NCBI GenBank assembly: GCA_002633005.1
Contig: NMRA01000064.1
Coordinates: forward strand, 1 to 64,000
DNA: 64,000 nucleotides
From: Phoronis australis
Lineage: Eukaryota > Animalia > Phoronida
Reading direction: 5' to 3'
Shown here: in pieces, positions 37,401 to 49,937 of the stretch
Numbering within the stretch: the first letter of the stretch is position 1
Layout of the letters: every line of letters begins with the position of its first letter
Notes under the pieces: model-generated
Told to the model about the DNA's origin: nothing
The model's database searches: none
Seen by the model: the letters and a program-made list of their open reading frames with translations, nothing else
Translations under genes and position numbers: made by a program

Positions 37401-39790
37401 CGACAAATGGGGATCACAAGTCGATGAGAAACTACTCGTTTTATTATCATGATTGTCTTTGTTATCTATTTTGGGTAATTGTTCAATCGAAGTTTTCATG
37501 TTGAAACTGAGCTTTCAGTTAATATGGAAATAAATGTGTCAGAGTTAACTTGCGTTTCGGTTTGTAACCAGCAGACAATGCATGGATACGTTTAACAAAC
37601 ATAAATATATGCTATGTTCTTGTCATTGTTCGTCACTTTCTTCATTGAACTCGTTCCCACATCCATTACTGTTACGTTTAATGCAAAATTCGTTAAAATT
37701 GAGAAAGCGCATGTTTTGATGGTCGGGAACCCTCTTTGTGCGCCGAATACGCAATTCCAGCATTTTATTGGGAAACCATGCGTTCACAGCGCAAACTCGA
37801 CATTTTTGTTATTGAGAAAACGCATTTTTACAAAAGAGAATCGGTTGTCTAACGTTTCATGTGCGTCAACAACGCAAACCAGACCCACTCATTGAAAAGC
37901 CCATATTTGTCACCAGGAAGACTCTTCGCAACGCAGCCCGATATTTCAAGTGGGATAGCGCAGTTTTGAAAAGATTCCGTCACTTGCGGAGAACGGTTTT
38001 TGAGCATCGGCAATGCAAGCCGAATATTTCATATTGAGAAAGCACATCTTTGAAAAGAAGAACCAACACTTGTTGGGAACGGTCTTTGTGCGTCGACGGC
38101 GCACATTTCTTATTGGGAAAGCCAGATTTTCAAAAATTAATCGCTCAGACCATTTGAGTCTCATTTACCTGCAATTATACTGCTATCAAATGACCGAGCC
38201 AGCATTGTTGATACTACGACCGCTCATCGAAATAATGTACACCCACGAAATTCGGACACTAGCGGAAACCCAAATTTGGAGGTCCGCCAAATTCGGACAC
38301 CACAAAATGATATTTCGCGAGATTCGTCCAAGAATGAATTTTTTCTATTGGAATTAATTTTCAGTGTCCGAAAATCACGCGACTTTACCGTATATACAAT
38401 GTTGCTGTGTTCACATTTAGTTGATAGCTTTGAGTATCTACAGCGGCTTTCAAGTATTAGCAGATTTGGTTGTCAAAGTTTCTTCCACAGCTGGCTATGC
38501 TCCCAGTGGTCTTGCCTCCACAGGTCACTACTATATGTAAATGTAGGGTTCGTAACTTAGTGCGACTCCATACTGGTATTTCAGAGATGTAACTGCATGA
38601 TTTTCATCTTTTTTTAAAATATAAAAAACGAAATAAATGTCATTAATTTAATACAATATTGTGCCACAGGAAAATGCCCATTTAATTCTTTTGAGTTTGT
38701 GCTCTTTCGTGCTTTTCAATGTGCGTTTTAACGTTTAATATGGAACAGCAGTGACACCTGTTGCCAAAATATAAGTCACACATCATACCTGCACTTATCT
38801 TGTTTTGTAACTGCAGCTCTGATGACTCATTTTACAGAATATTAAAGCTAAGTAAAATTATGTGACAAACTTTATAACACTTTATAACATCAATTTGACC
38901 CAAGATCACCAAAAACATAGTGCACTCATCATTTAACTAATATCTCTAATATTTGTTTGGTAAGCTACTTGGCTGTTTTTGTAAATTAGGATGTAAAAGT
39001 CTTGGTCTACACAGTTTTCTCAGTAAAAAAAGCTCACTACAGAAGGCTGTTTTGTAAACTTAGACGTGAAAACCTTGGTCTACGCATTTTTTGTAAAAAA
39101 ATCTCTCTGTGTGGGGGGGGGGTTGCTGGTGAGTGGTCCTGGTGGTGGGGCTTACGCATCGGAATCATGGACGCCCTGGAATATTGGGAACCCCATTTTG
39201 GGCACCCTATTTTCGAAATCCTGGATAAAGGCCTGATTGTCCGTGATTTTTTATCTTACCAAATGTGCAAAACTGTGTTCAAAAAGGCTTGTATTAAATA
39301 AGTTTGGTGACTGAAAAAGGTAACACACTGTAGCTTATTACTAAATACACAATTTGGTATACATATTGTCATGTGTATACATATTGTCATGTGTATACAT
39401 ATTGTCATGTGTATACATATTGTCATGTGTATACATATTGTCATGTGTATACATATTGTCATGTGTATACATATTGTCATGTGTATACATATTGTCATGT
39501 GTATACATATTGTCATGTGTTCGAACTAAATCCGACCTGGAAGGTCTTTAGTAACTTACCTTATTCTTTGAACGTAGTTTTCTGAAGAGGCAGATAACAC
39601 ATCCGGTTAAAATAAGAAGTAAAACTCCAGTGGTGATCGTAACGATGTAAAATATTTCAATGGTTATGACAAATGAGTTTCCACAGTCTTGTTGGGTTGG
39701 TCCTGTACATGGTCCTGCGCGGCAATACTGATCACATGGTACACAGGCGGTACTGTTGTTAAATGTTGATTGCGGACACGTGCTGCTCAT
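25416..39790 (-). CDS. Gene A: single-pass receptor, Cys-rich (furin/TNFR-like) ectodomain - TM - disordered region - ZU5 - linker - UPA-like - death domain; exons 39790-39560, 32770-32191, 30477-29720, 28852-28736, 27199-27035, 25862-25416 (~765 aa)
   Basis: All junctions are phase-consistent (0,1,0,0,0; intron 2 is GC-AG). Ectodomain CPQSTFNNSTACVPCDQYCRAGPCTGPTQQDC; TM IFYIVTITTGVLLLILTGCVICLF followed by RKLRSK; ZU5 FDREGGFL...VFLFVPPGAL...PTIKLGPDGIEFNSPVVLSIQH...W...HFT; death domain DLWHDLIKFLEPVRPGKDYMAFANEL...LATMLRNIGQERAVEKV. Start codon is inferred. Confidence 0.8.
29144..31121. repeat. Pair of ~290-bp direct repeats (29144-29430 and 30829-31121) flanking the gene A ZU5 exon
   Basis: Both begin CAGTGTTCC and share GAGTTTGAAGT.TTA..AGATTA.TCATTTCTT, AACACACAAACT, CAGTCAAGTTT and TTGTGGAGAA.ACTG. 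Confidence 0.7.
31183..31425. repeat. Tandem repeat, 98-bp unit made of two ~49-bp subunits, ~2.5 copies
   Basis: GTTTTGAAGGAGGGTTGTCTCATTTGCC recurs at 31201, 31299 and 31397. Confidence 0.85.
34063..38390. mobile_element. 4.3-kb TA-flanked DNA element (Tc1/mariner-pogo-type ends), no intact transposase seen
   Basis: Perfect TIRs CGGTAAAGTCGCGTGATTTTCGGAC / GTCCGAAAATCACGCGACTTTACCG, TA on both sides; CpG-rich interior; no long ORF. Confidence 0.75.
35926..36192. mobile_element. Small pogo/Tc2-like MITE nested in the 4.3-kb element
   Basis: Inverted ends GATTTCCGTATATAAGT / ACTTATATACGGAAATC. Confidence 0.5.
39358..39520. repeat. 18-bp minisatellite (TATACATATTGTCATGTG) x9
   Basis: Perfect tandem copies; explains the repetitive ORFs at 39256-39585. 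Confidence 0.95.
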
Positions 39791-42700
39791 GATGAGTTTT
39801 ATTGGTTGTCCATCCTCACTAGAAAAACAAAACATACTGAGCTTTGTATCGTCTGAGATTTAATGATTTTGAAATAACTACAGTGTATTGTGGGACGAAT
39901 AAAACCAACCAATGAGAATATACTTCTGCATTTCCAACCAAAAGATGACAAGTAAGATTTTTATCCCACTATCTTTATGATGTATTACAGTAAAAATTAT
40001 TCAATTTAGGACAAAAGTAATAGCTAAAATTGCCATATTTTTTGTCACATTGTTACAAATGGTCAAAATTTTCCAGATAATGTTTGATAATAGCTTTTCC
40101 ATGTAAACCATGTTTGGTAATAGCTGTGCGTTACAAACCATGCTAATAGCAAAGTAAAGTATTCTTGAAAAGTTGACAGTCGCAGGGTGTGCGGCTGGGA
40201 AATTAAAATTCCCATAATCCTTTTGAGTTGGTGAAAACCCATTTTTTTTAAAGACTGAGTAATCATGATTAAAAGGTATCTGTTAGTTGGAACCTCATTG
40301 AAAGGTATCTGTTAGTTGGAACCTCATTGAAAATTTCATCCATTTGGATTTTTTCTACATAATCGTGTGAAGTGGTTCTAAACCCTATTGAATGCTTATT
40401 TGTTGGATTAAAATTGAATAAAACACATGAGCTACCCTATAATACCACAAACCTAGTTATAAAATGAGTGACCTTTCTGTCTCCAAACTAACTCATAGTC
40501 TTCTAGTAAGTAACTTCTCTGGGTTTTAATTAGCTGCAGTTCATGTGTTAAACTCACACTTATTTTCATAGTCACATTTTGGGTAGTTATTAATCATGGT
40601 CACCACATGATTAACCAGCGCAATAGTATGAATGTAAGAAGAATAAACTCCATTTAGTATTTTTAAAATCTTCCATTAGTTTGTTATATTTGAAAGCAAT
40701 GTTGCAATGTCCTAGTGTATGCCGGTTGATCTTCAGGGTGAAACAATGACTCTTAGGTGAACAGAAATTATCACGGCACTTCGTGAATAAGAGTTCGAGT
40801 TCACACTGTTTTTTTAACTTCATAGTTGACTAGATTGGAAAATAAAGCATGGAAATATGAAATCAGTCAGTTTCGGTTTTTGAAATATCAATTTTGGCAC
40901 CAAGTAGTTTGTTACCTTCATACTTTGCGGTATTTCTCTTTTCATTATCCAACAAAGTACGAGTACCAGGAGCGGTGCGCAGCCTATTGTGCACTTGATA
41001 AAAATAAAGTTATGTTCAGATGCTTTTTAGAATTATGGTAACAGTTTGAGATTCTGAGTTTGAGAACATGAGCAGCATCATGGTAAGCAAAATGTAGACT
41101 TTGTGTTTGATGTAATAACAAGGTTGTCTAGCATAAACTCTGCTCGTTTTGTTTTTACATTGTATGTAAAATAATCTGTTAAGTACTTGCCTCATATTGG
41201 AAGTGGGAACTCTATGCTGTAAAAGGTCCTAGCATTCATCGACAACTGTGCATCAATGAATAGTCTACTGTGATCTATTTAAACTGCTGTTTCCCCTTCT
41301 CAATTTGATATCTTTATTATGTCAAAAGCAAGTCTTACGGTCTTTCCGTATCCAGTGACAGAATCCTCTTCAAGTGAGTGATTGTCTATAGGTTCCTAGA
41401 CTGGACAATATAGTGATGCCATAGGGTTCTTTGTGTTCAGTTTGTGGAAAGTTTGTAGGTATCCTTTACCTATTTGTTGTCTTCTTGTACTACTTAGAAT
41501 GAGAATCGCTGTGTAGGCAATCTAGATGATTAGAAACTTAATGAACACTTACCTGGATTCACAGGTTGTCTTGTTTTTACACAACTCAGTTATCAGGTAA
41601 AAGCTGACAGTTGTCTCCAAAGGTATGCTGCCATGGTATATTTAGCATCTCTCTTTCTCTGCTTGACTGTTGCTATGGGAGTTTTCTGTTATGGTCTCCT
41701 GATATCTGGGCCTGTGTAAATATGTATGGTCCATTGTTCTCTTTTTAAACCCCAATCAATGCCTGTGGAATGCACCTCAATGTGTTCTTTTGTTTAACCT
41801 GTGGGTGTACCTGTCTAAATATTTTCGTATGAGTCATGGGGTTTTTGAGGAAGTAAGATGACCCGACTACCGTTGTTAGTACAGTTTTGATATGCAGCAT
41901 GTTCAGTGATTTGAGAAAAGGTTAAAGTTCCTTTTTAAGGTTTTGAAGGCCCTTATCAATTAATGTGTGTACTTATCCATCTATCTACAAAACAATCTAG
42001 ATTTCAACTTAAAAATACTTTGTTGCAGTTTCTTATCATTTCATTTTCGTTTTTTGCAATTTTTGATTTTTTCAAAAACATTACAGTCCTATGTTTGATA
42101 GCCCCTCATGTAAAGGTGTAACATTCTAAAAACAACAGTATTTGGAGAACAGTGCATCTAAAAGCTTCATGTGAACAGTGCTGTAGTAATAAAATTAAAG
42201 GTAAGTAGGCACCCAGAGCCCTCCCCCCCCNCCCCCCCCCCCGTATCACCTTGAGCACTGAACGTAACTTACGGTGCGTAGACGCTATGTTCAAATGCCA
42301 AAAGGTGGTTGGCTGCGCCTACGTGCGCCTACGCCCCACTACAGCACTGCATGTGAATCTGATCAGTCATCAGTTGGACATTTTTCTGGTTGTGAATACA
42401 CCTCTACAGTACATTGAATTGAAAACAGTACCAATAGTTTTTAGACAATTTTGTGAACACCGAGATTGGGTAAAATAAAGAAAATCAAAGTGTTTGTTTT
42501 CCCATCAAGTCAGAAAAATAAGCCACTTTTTGCTATTCACTTCTTGAACCCCTAATCATCTCATTTGTTAATTTTTTTTTCGTCACAAACTTGTTGGCCA
42601 AATATAGTTTTGGTTATTCACCTGACAGGCGTCAATCAAAGTTGATAACTGATGTGCTGTCATAAGTGACTTGTTCTATATTCCACACTTGGACAGGCAA

Positions 42701-44174
42701 ATATCGTGCGTCACAAGCTCGTTTCCAGAGATGAAAAGGAGACAAGTGGTACAAAATAAAGTAAATAGACTAGTAAATTGAAATAAAATAATATTATCTT
42801 TGGAAAGATGGGCAATAATAAACCTGCACAAGAGATGCTGAAAACAGCTCATCCACAATGGTTACTATTTCATAGGTGGTTCTCACAAGTAGCGCACAAC
42901 GTAACTATCGACTGCAGTGACTCAACTTGCAAAAGTTGAAGTTGAAGTGATGGTTTGAAGGAAATAATTTAAATTTTTAATTTTAATGCTCATACAGAAA
43001 TTAAATTTGAGGTGATAGACAAATGCAAGATTTGAGAAAAAAAGTGGAAACTAAAAGTGGTGGAAAGAATTTATATCACTGGATCATATCCAAGGGATTT
43101 TAGGGGCACAAGTTTGGGGATTGTACTGCTGTTGTGATGTCTGCTTAGTGGTCTGCGCAACTAACACTGGGGTTTAGAGGCAGATTTAGTTATAACTGTC
43201 ACCCCTGGATTTTTATATGTTGGGTAAGGTAACGAAGCAACCATCATGTGGCCAACTGCAATGTAAATACCCTAATGTTTTCAGATTAACTTGTTGGATG
43301 ACCTGAAAGTATCAGTTCATTTTGCCCGCAGGATTGGTGAGAGCACTGAAGTTGTCTGGTGGGACAGTAAAAGCAGAATAGCATTGTTGTGTGTCCCTAA
43401 TAAACTTGAAGCTTTACCTAGTCAATAGCAAAAATCAGCTGATTTGACCAATATGCCTATGAGCATTATCTTGATAAAACAGTACCAACTTTAAAGAGTT
43501 TGTTGGGTGAATAGCAAAAATAACGTTATTTGTCCACACATGCCTGATGTTACAGCAACTACCAACAAATGGGAACGGAGCATGCATTGTTGGTTAAACA
43601 GCAAAAATCGACCTATTTTTCCAACTTTTCAGCCTTAGCGCCAGATACAAAATAGGATTTAGGCCAAACTTTTCTGTTTTAGAAAACGAAATTTGCTATT
43701 AATTCTGGGAATTGGGTATTTATAGTACTCATACTAGTTATTTTTCACAAGAGCCTTCTTACTTAAGTATAAGAATATGGGCATTCACAATGTTACACAG
43801 CAAAGTCCTTGAAAAGCAAAAAAAGGTTAATATTGGCAATTATTTTGTCTGAAATTGGTGAGATGTTACCTTAATATGCTATAATGCTGAAGTCATTTGT
43901 GTAGTTTTGCTTCATTATAATAAAACTGTAATTTAATACTTATTTCACATAAAAATAATTGCCAAAATTGTCATTTTCCATTTTTGCAAGTAATGAACAA
44001 CTTACGAAAAAATGTTTTTGTGATACCTTCACAGCACAAAACATGCTAAGTAATAGTCTGAAACTTTAGTAATCTTTATTTTTGTAGAGAAATTTGACAA
44101 AAAGGACTTTCGCATGTCATCCATGTTGTGTGCTAAAGAAGTGAAAAGTTATCGAAGTTCTGAAGTGAAAAATA

Positions 44175-44502
44175 ACAGAATGCCACTATATGTCTGAGTA
44201 GTGGTCGGCTGTACATGGTGTAATACAGAATGTTACTGTATGTCTGTAGTGGAAGGCTGTACATGGTGTAATACAGAATGTTACTGTATGTCTGTAGTGG
44301 AAGGCTGTACATGGTGTAATACAGAATGTTACTGTATGTCTGTAGTGGAAGGCTGTACATGGTGTAATACAGAATATCACTATATGTCTGACAGCTGTAC
44401 ATGGTGTAATACAGAATACCATTGTATGTCTGAGTAGTGGTGGGCTGCACATGGTGGAATACACAATATCACTGTATGCCTGAGAAGTTGACGGCTGTAC
44501 AT
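44175..44502. repeat. 48-bp minisatellite, ~6-7 copies
   Basis: TGTACATGGTGTAATACAGAATGTTACTGTATGTCTGTAGTGGAAGGC repeated. Confidence 0.9.
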
Positions 44503-45316
44503 TGTGCATCATCAAACCAGATGAAAAAATGAAGTTGTTTGGAAAATGATCAAAGAAAATGAAGAATGTGTTTGCTATAATAGATTCTTTATTATTGTTC
44601 ATACAGGGTATGTGTCAGGATGATGCATCCTTGTCACAACCAATACACTCTACGTAACGCTGTCAGAGTGTACAATCATAACTAATTCCTACTTCAAGTC
44701 TGTAACGCTTCTACGCTTAAAAGGCACATTCCAGAGCATCCTTTTCGAATTTCACATAAAACAATTTGTCAGAATTATTGTTTTTCTATTGTTCAGAAGG
44801 CCGATTATAATACGTTGTTGAAATAGTCAAAATTTTGTTGTATGATAAGAGTTCAGTACAAGCAGTAGTGTTCATGATGCCATGTAAATAGACTCAGGCT
44901 GGACAAAATACCCGCAAAATCTTGGCTTATTTTCCTATTTTTATAAAGGAATTTTCACTCATATTTTTCAACTTCTGTTGCATGTAGTTATAAGCCAATT
45001 TCCTTACAACTTCATAGATTGCCCTATGAGAATCTACTATGCTTTTTGATTTTACCTGATTTTATATCACCTTGTATGTAAGTGCTTAAGCTAATTTTGC
45101 AAACATTATGCCAGGAAAATAAATTAAAATGTTCAATTTACAAAACAATGAAGCGGTTTATCCATGCTTGTAACAAAGGAATGTTTAAACTGAAACAATA
45201 TAATGATTAAAATATGTGTATACACTAAAACTGTATTCAGTGTAACTATTTATATCAAAACTTTGCATTCTTATAACATAATTTTCTGTCGTCAGTTTAT
45301 TTTTAAACAAGTTGCA

Positions 45317-47867
45317 CATCTATAAATTAAAATAACTATGCTTCACTCAGTGCTTGTCTTTGTCAAGGTCACAGACACATCTCTTACTACTCCATACCCA
45401 AAGTTTATAGTATATAAATAAGATGTACATAAAGCAATAAAAATTCATAATAATACTGTTGTTTACTAGGCGTCTTAAAATGATGGAGTGTTCTGGTAAT
45501 ACAATTGACCTTTTCACAGATAGCATTAAACGTCATATACACTAAGGATTTTGGTAAATGGATCAGTCAATTTTGAGATGTCTCAACTGAGCTGTGTTGT
45601 TGAATTTGTGCTGTGCATGGATATAGTGATGTGACAAATGAACATCCTAAGATGTGAATTAATCAACTAGATAACTAATAGATTGTGATGGCGGGACTTC
45701 AGTTGTTTGTCAGAGTCCTTTGCCTGCATATGAAGCTGATGATTTGGCTATGCCAGCTCTTGGCTTGACTGATTCATATACCACAAATCTGCGCTCTGAG
45801 ATGCGTGTGCATCAATTTACGCTATCCATAAATAGGTCAAGAATACACTAGTTCCCCGTAACAGAACTTTTTGTCAGCAATTCATTTTTAGGCACCTACA
45901 TATACGGTATATACATGGGTGCAAGTTGTAGTCATCTCTATCTAGACATCTGGTTCCGATGCTGTATCTCCTAAACTCCTTGTACTGTGTTGTTGAAATC
46001 TGTCAGATGTGTTCTTGTGAAGTTGACCACAGGTGACTACGAACTTCTGACTGATCTGTCTGCTGCTGTGCTCCTAGTGGCAATTTTGATTTTATAAGTT
46101 TGCCTTTGTATCTTAGAAGTTCCTTGGTGGATTTTAAGGAAATTTGACAAATAGTTTTATAATAAGAAGACAGCAATGCCATTTCATTTCTTACGGATTT
46201 GATATATTGTGGGCCATCTAATGGCCATTTTTGTTATACTAGAAACACCCCTAGAAGCACAAAGTTTTCGGTGTAGCCGTGGATGCATTTCAATGCTCCG
46301 CATTGTTCTTGTTTAAATATTAAGTTCTTCATCTACAAAAAATAACTATGCTTCACTCAGTGCTTGTCTGTGTCAAGGTCACAGACACACCTCTTACTAC
46401 TCCATACCCAAAGTTTATAGTATATAAATAACATGTATATAAAGCAATAAAAATTCATAATAATACCTCTGTTAAACAGACATCTTAAGATGATGAAGTG
46501 TTCTGGTAATACAATTGACCTTTTCACAAGTAGCATGAAACGTCATATACACTAAGGATTTTGGTAAATGGATCAGTCAATTTTGAGATGTCTCACCTGA
46601 GCTGTATTGTTGAATTTGTGCTGTGCATGGATATAGTGATGTGACAAATGAACATCCTAAGATGTGAATTAATCAACTAGATAACTAATAGATTGTGATG
46701 GCGGGACTTCAGTTGTTTGTCAGAGTCCTTTGCCTGCATATGAAGCTGATGATTTGGCTATGCCAGTTCTTGGCTTGACTGATTCATATACCACAAATCT
46801 GCGCTCTGAGATGCGTGTGCATCAATTTACGCTATCCATAAATAGGTCAAGAATACACTAGTTCCTCGTAACAGAACTTTTTGTCAGCAATTCATTTTTA
46901 GGCGCCTACATATACGGTATATACATGGGTGCAAGTTGTAGTCATCTCTATCTAGACATCTAGTTCTGATGCTGTATCTCCTAAACTCCTTGCACTGTGT
47001 TGTTGAAATCTGTCAGATGTTTTCTTGTGAAGTTGACCACAGGTGAGTACGAACTTCTGACTGATCTGTCTGCTGCTGTGCTCCTAGTGGCAATTTTGAT
47101 TATATAAGTTTGCCTTTGTACCTTAGAAGTTCCTTGGTGGATTTTAAGGAAATTTGCCAAATAGTTTTATAATAAGAAGACAGCAATGCCATTTCATTTT
47201 CTTACGGATTTGATGTATTGTGGACCATCTAATGGCCATTTTTGTTATACTAGAAACACCCCTAGAAGCACAAAGTTTGCAGTGTAGTCGTGGAAGCATT
47301 TCAATGCTCCGCGTTGTTCTTGTTTAAATAAGTTCGTCATCTATAAAAATAACTATGCTTCACTCAGTGCTTGTCTGTGTCAAGGTCACAGACACACCTC
47401 TTACTACTCCATACCCAAAGTTTATAGTATATAAATAAAATGTATATAAAGCAATAACAATTCATAATAATACCTCTGTTAAACAGACATCTTAAGATGA
47501 TGAAGTGTTCTGGTAATACAATTGACCTTTTCACAGATAGCATGAAACGTCATATACACTAAGGATTTTGGGAAATGGATCAGTCAATTTTGAGATGTCT
47601 CAATGGAGCTGTGTTGTTGAATTTGTGCTATGTATGGATATAGGGATGTGACAAATGAACATCCTAAGATGTGAATTGATCAAGTAGATAACTAATAGAT
47701 TATGATGGCAGGACTTCAGTTGTTTGTCAAGAGTCCTTTGTCAACTTATTAAGCAGCTGATTTGGTTATGCCAGTTCTTGGCTTGACTGATTCATATACC
47801 ACAAATCTATGCTATGAGATGCGTGCGCATCAATTTATGCTATCCGTAAATAGGTCAAGAATACACT
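45317..47867. repeat. ~1.01-kb tandem duplication, ~2.5 copies, each containing a ~340-bp MITE-like segment
   Basis: Units start near 45317, 46330 and 47338 (AAATAACTATGCTTCACTCAGTGCTTGTC...). Internal imperfect inverted ends TTGACCTTTTCACAGATAGC / GCTATCCATAAATAGGTCAA. Confidence 0.9.
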
Positions 47868-49937
47868 ATTTAATTTGTTTTGATTTTTATGTTCTGTCAG
47901 CCCTAAATAGGGAAATATATATATTAATATTACATAGGTAGCTGTGACCTAAATAGTGAACTATTTATGAATAGCAGGAACTTGCAGAAATTTACAAAGA
48001 GTAAGCCACCAATTTTAAAAGAATGGAAATGACAGAGTTATCTATATTACATGAGCATTAGGATGGATTCACTGTCAATGCCATAACAAATTAGATATAA
48101 AAAGTTTCGCAATGCGCATGCTATCAAAATATGTAATAGTGGTTATATATCCACTATGCTGGTCCATGGTAACCGTGTAATATGAAATATGAGTACTTAC
48201 AAAATATATGAATTGAGCTTTACTTAGATCACCCTAGTAGATTCCTGATTGTATATGAGCATCCTATAAGGCTTGTATCTTGATTGTCTGGGAAATCTTT
48301 ATTATGGTAATAATTCTCCTGTTTGGGATAGTCTCTAAAATTTGAGACATGTAAATTCAATCAAAAATTGAATTTTCTTGATTCTTAAGATTGGAAGATG
48401 GCTGATTTTGACGCTGATCGTATTTCTGAAATTTTGGTTCTCGCAGTGTGTTACATCAACTAGGTGAATGATTGTTTTTCACTGACTGTAATTCTTGAAT
48501 TTGGGACGGCCATAGTTGCCTATTTCTACTGTATTGTTCGAGGTCTAACCTTGAGCAAAATAATTGTTTTTTCACTGTCCCAAACTGGAGAATCTTTACA
48601 ATTTCTAAGCGCAAAATCTTGTTAGCTTTAGTCTAATCGCTGGATAGCTTACGGGATCTCCATTTGTTAAGTTTTGAAGAAGGCGGAAATTTTCTTGAAT
48701 GCCAAAGGACTGCGCAAAAAATGGCATATGGGAAGGGGTTCCTATTAAGTTGTTTGGGGGACTTTCTCAAGAAATTTTTTTTTTAATTATGGGCTCATTT
48801 CATTCATTTCTGTGAAATATTTTTTGCTTATCTGAATGCAATGAAGCTTAATACACAGCAGACTGGATATTGAGGCTGGCGCCACAAATTCAAAGATCAC
48901 GGAAACGTTGGAGGAAATTTAAAAGTGTAGCAAGTGTAGTAGCCTGTGAAAACAGAGTGTGGAGAACCCTGATAGCTCAGATTAAGAGTATGAGCATTGT
49001 TGAAAAGTAGCTATGCAAAGTGTTGCCCTTTGGTAGTTAATGGTACTCATGCTGTACAGTATCTACAATGCTTATCATTGCCGTTTCCTATTTCCGACAT
49101 TTCTAGGCTACTTGGTGGTGCATGAGCAATCATAGTTGACTCACACAGTTAAGTGAGTGTTTTTGAAGGGTTTTTATAAACCATTTCTAGAAATATTTCT
49201 ACAAAATATATGTTCCAGTGAACAAAGCAATTTTTACATTCGATAAACTTTCACGATTATGGAAAGATTCTGTAATTAAAATAAACGAATAAAGCTTTTT
49301 GTTCTAATTCCTTTCCTGTGGTTATCCTTTTTCTTGTATGCTAGAACCCTTTTGCGTGACTTGTACCACCACAAAGTGATAAAGTCAGTCTATGCAAGAT
49401 ATTGTTTTAACACGCGCCACTTACATTTGAGGTGTTCTCGGCAGTTTAGGACACTTAATGTTTTTTGATTTAAGATTTGTATCCGAGTGTTGATCATTTT
49501 TATGAAATCAGCTCTGTCATTTTTGTTTTCATAAGTGTGTTGAGGGCGGGGTGAGTTATGACAGGTGTAATAGGCAGGGGTTTGCCTTTACTAGCAAAAA
49601 AATTGACGCGTGTCTACTTAATATCTTAGCGTTTGGGAAAAGACTCCCATATCAATATCTAGCTTCTTATTTGTAACTCATTTCAACCACAAGTTCTATT
49701 ATAGGAACCCTTTCAATGCACGAAAATATGTCATCTATTTCATGCGTCATCTATTTCGATACGTCATCTATTTCAATACGTTATTGATTTCAATATGCGT
49801 CTATTTCAATGCCAAAATTGCTGATTTGGTACCTATCAATGCCAAAATGACACGAATATCAACCTTGCAGTCATACCAATACCTCGTAATTTTATGCACA
49901 GGAAATGAAGTTTCCTCGGTCTGTGCCCTAACTGTAA

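Larger units (their letters stand above)
33833..39235. mobile_element. hAT-type MITE copy 2, expanded to 5.4 kb by nested insertions, in gene A intron 1
   Basis: CAGGCCTTCATGCAG...CCTGGATAAAGGCCTG with 8-bp TSD ATTGTCCA/ATTGTCCG; segments 33833-34060, 38391-38430 and ~38995-39235 align with 2313-3173. Confidence 0.75.

Noticed and set aside
39256-39585. Repetitive ORFs (MTICIH)n, (VYILSC)n, (VYTYCH)n
   Set aside because: Artefacts of the 18-bp minisatellite; the same applies to ORFs at 44133-44602, 57340-57761 and 17494-17722.
44175-44502. CRISPR-like periodicity in the minisatellites
   Set aside because: Units are contiguous with no unique spacers, there are no cas genes, and the context is eukaryotic.
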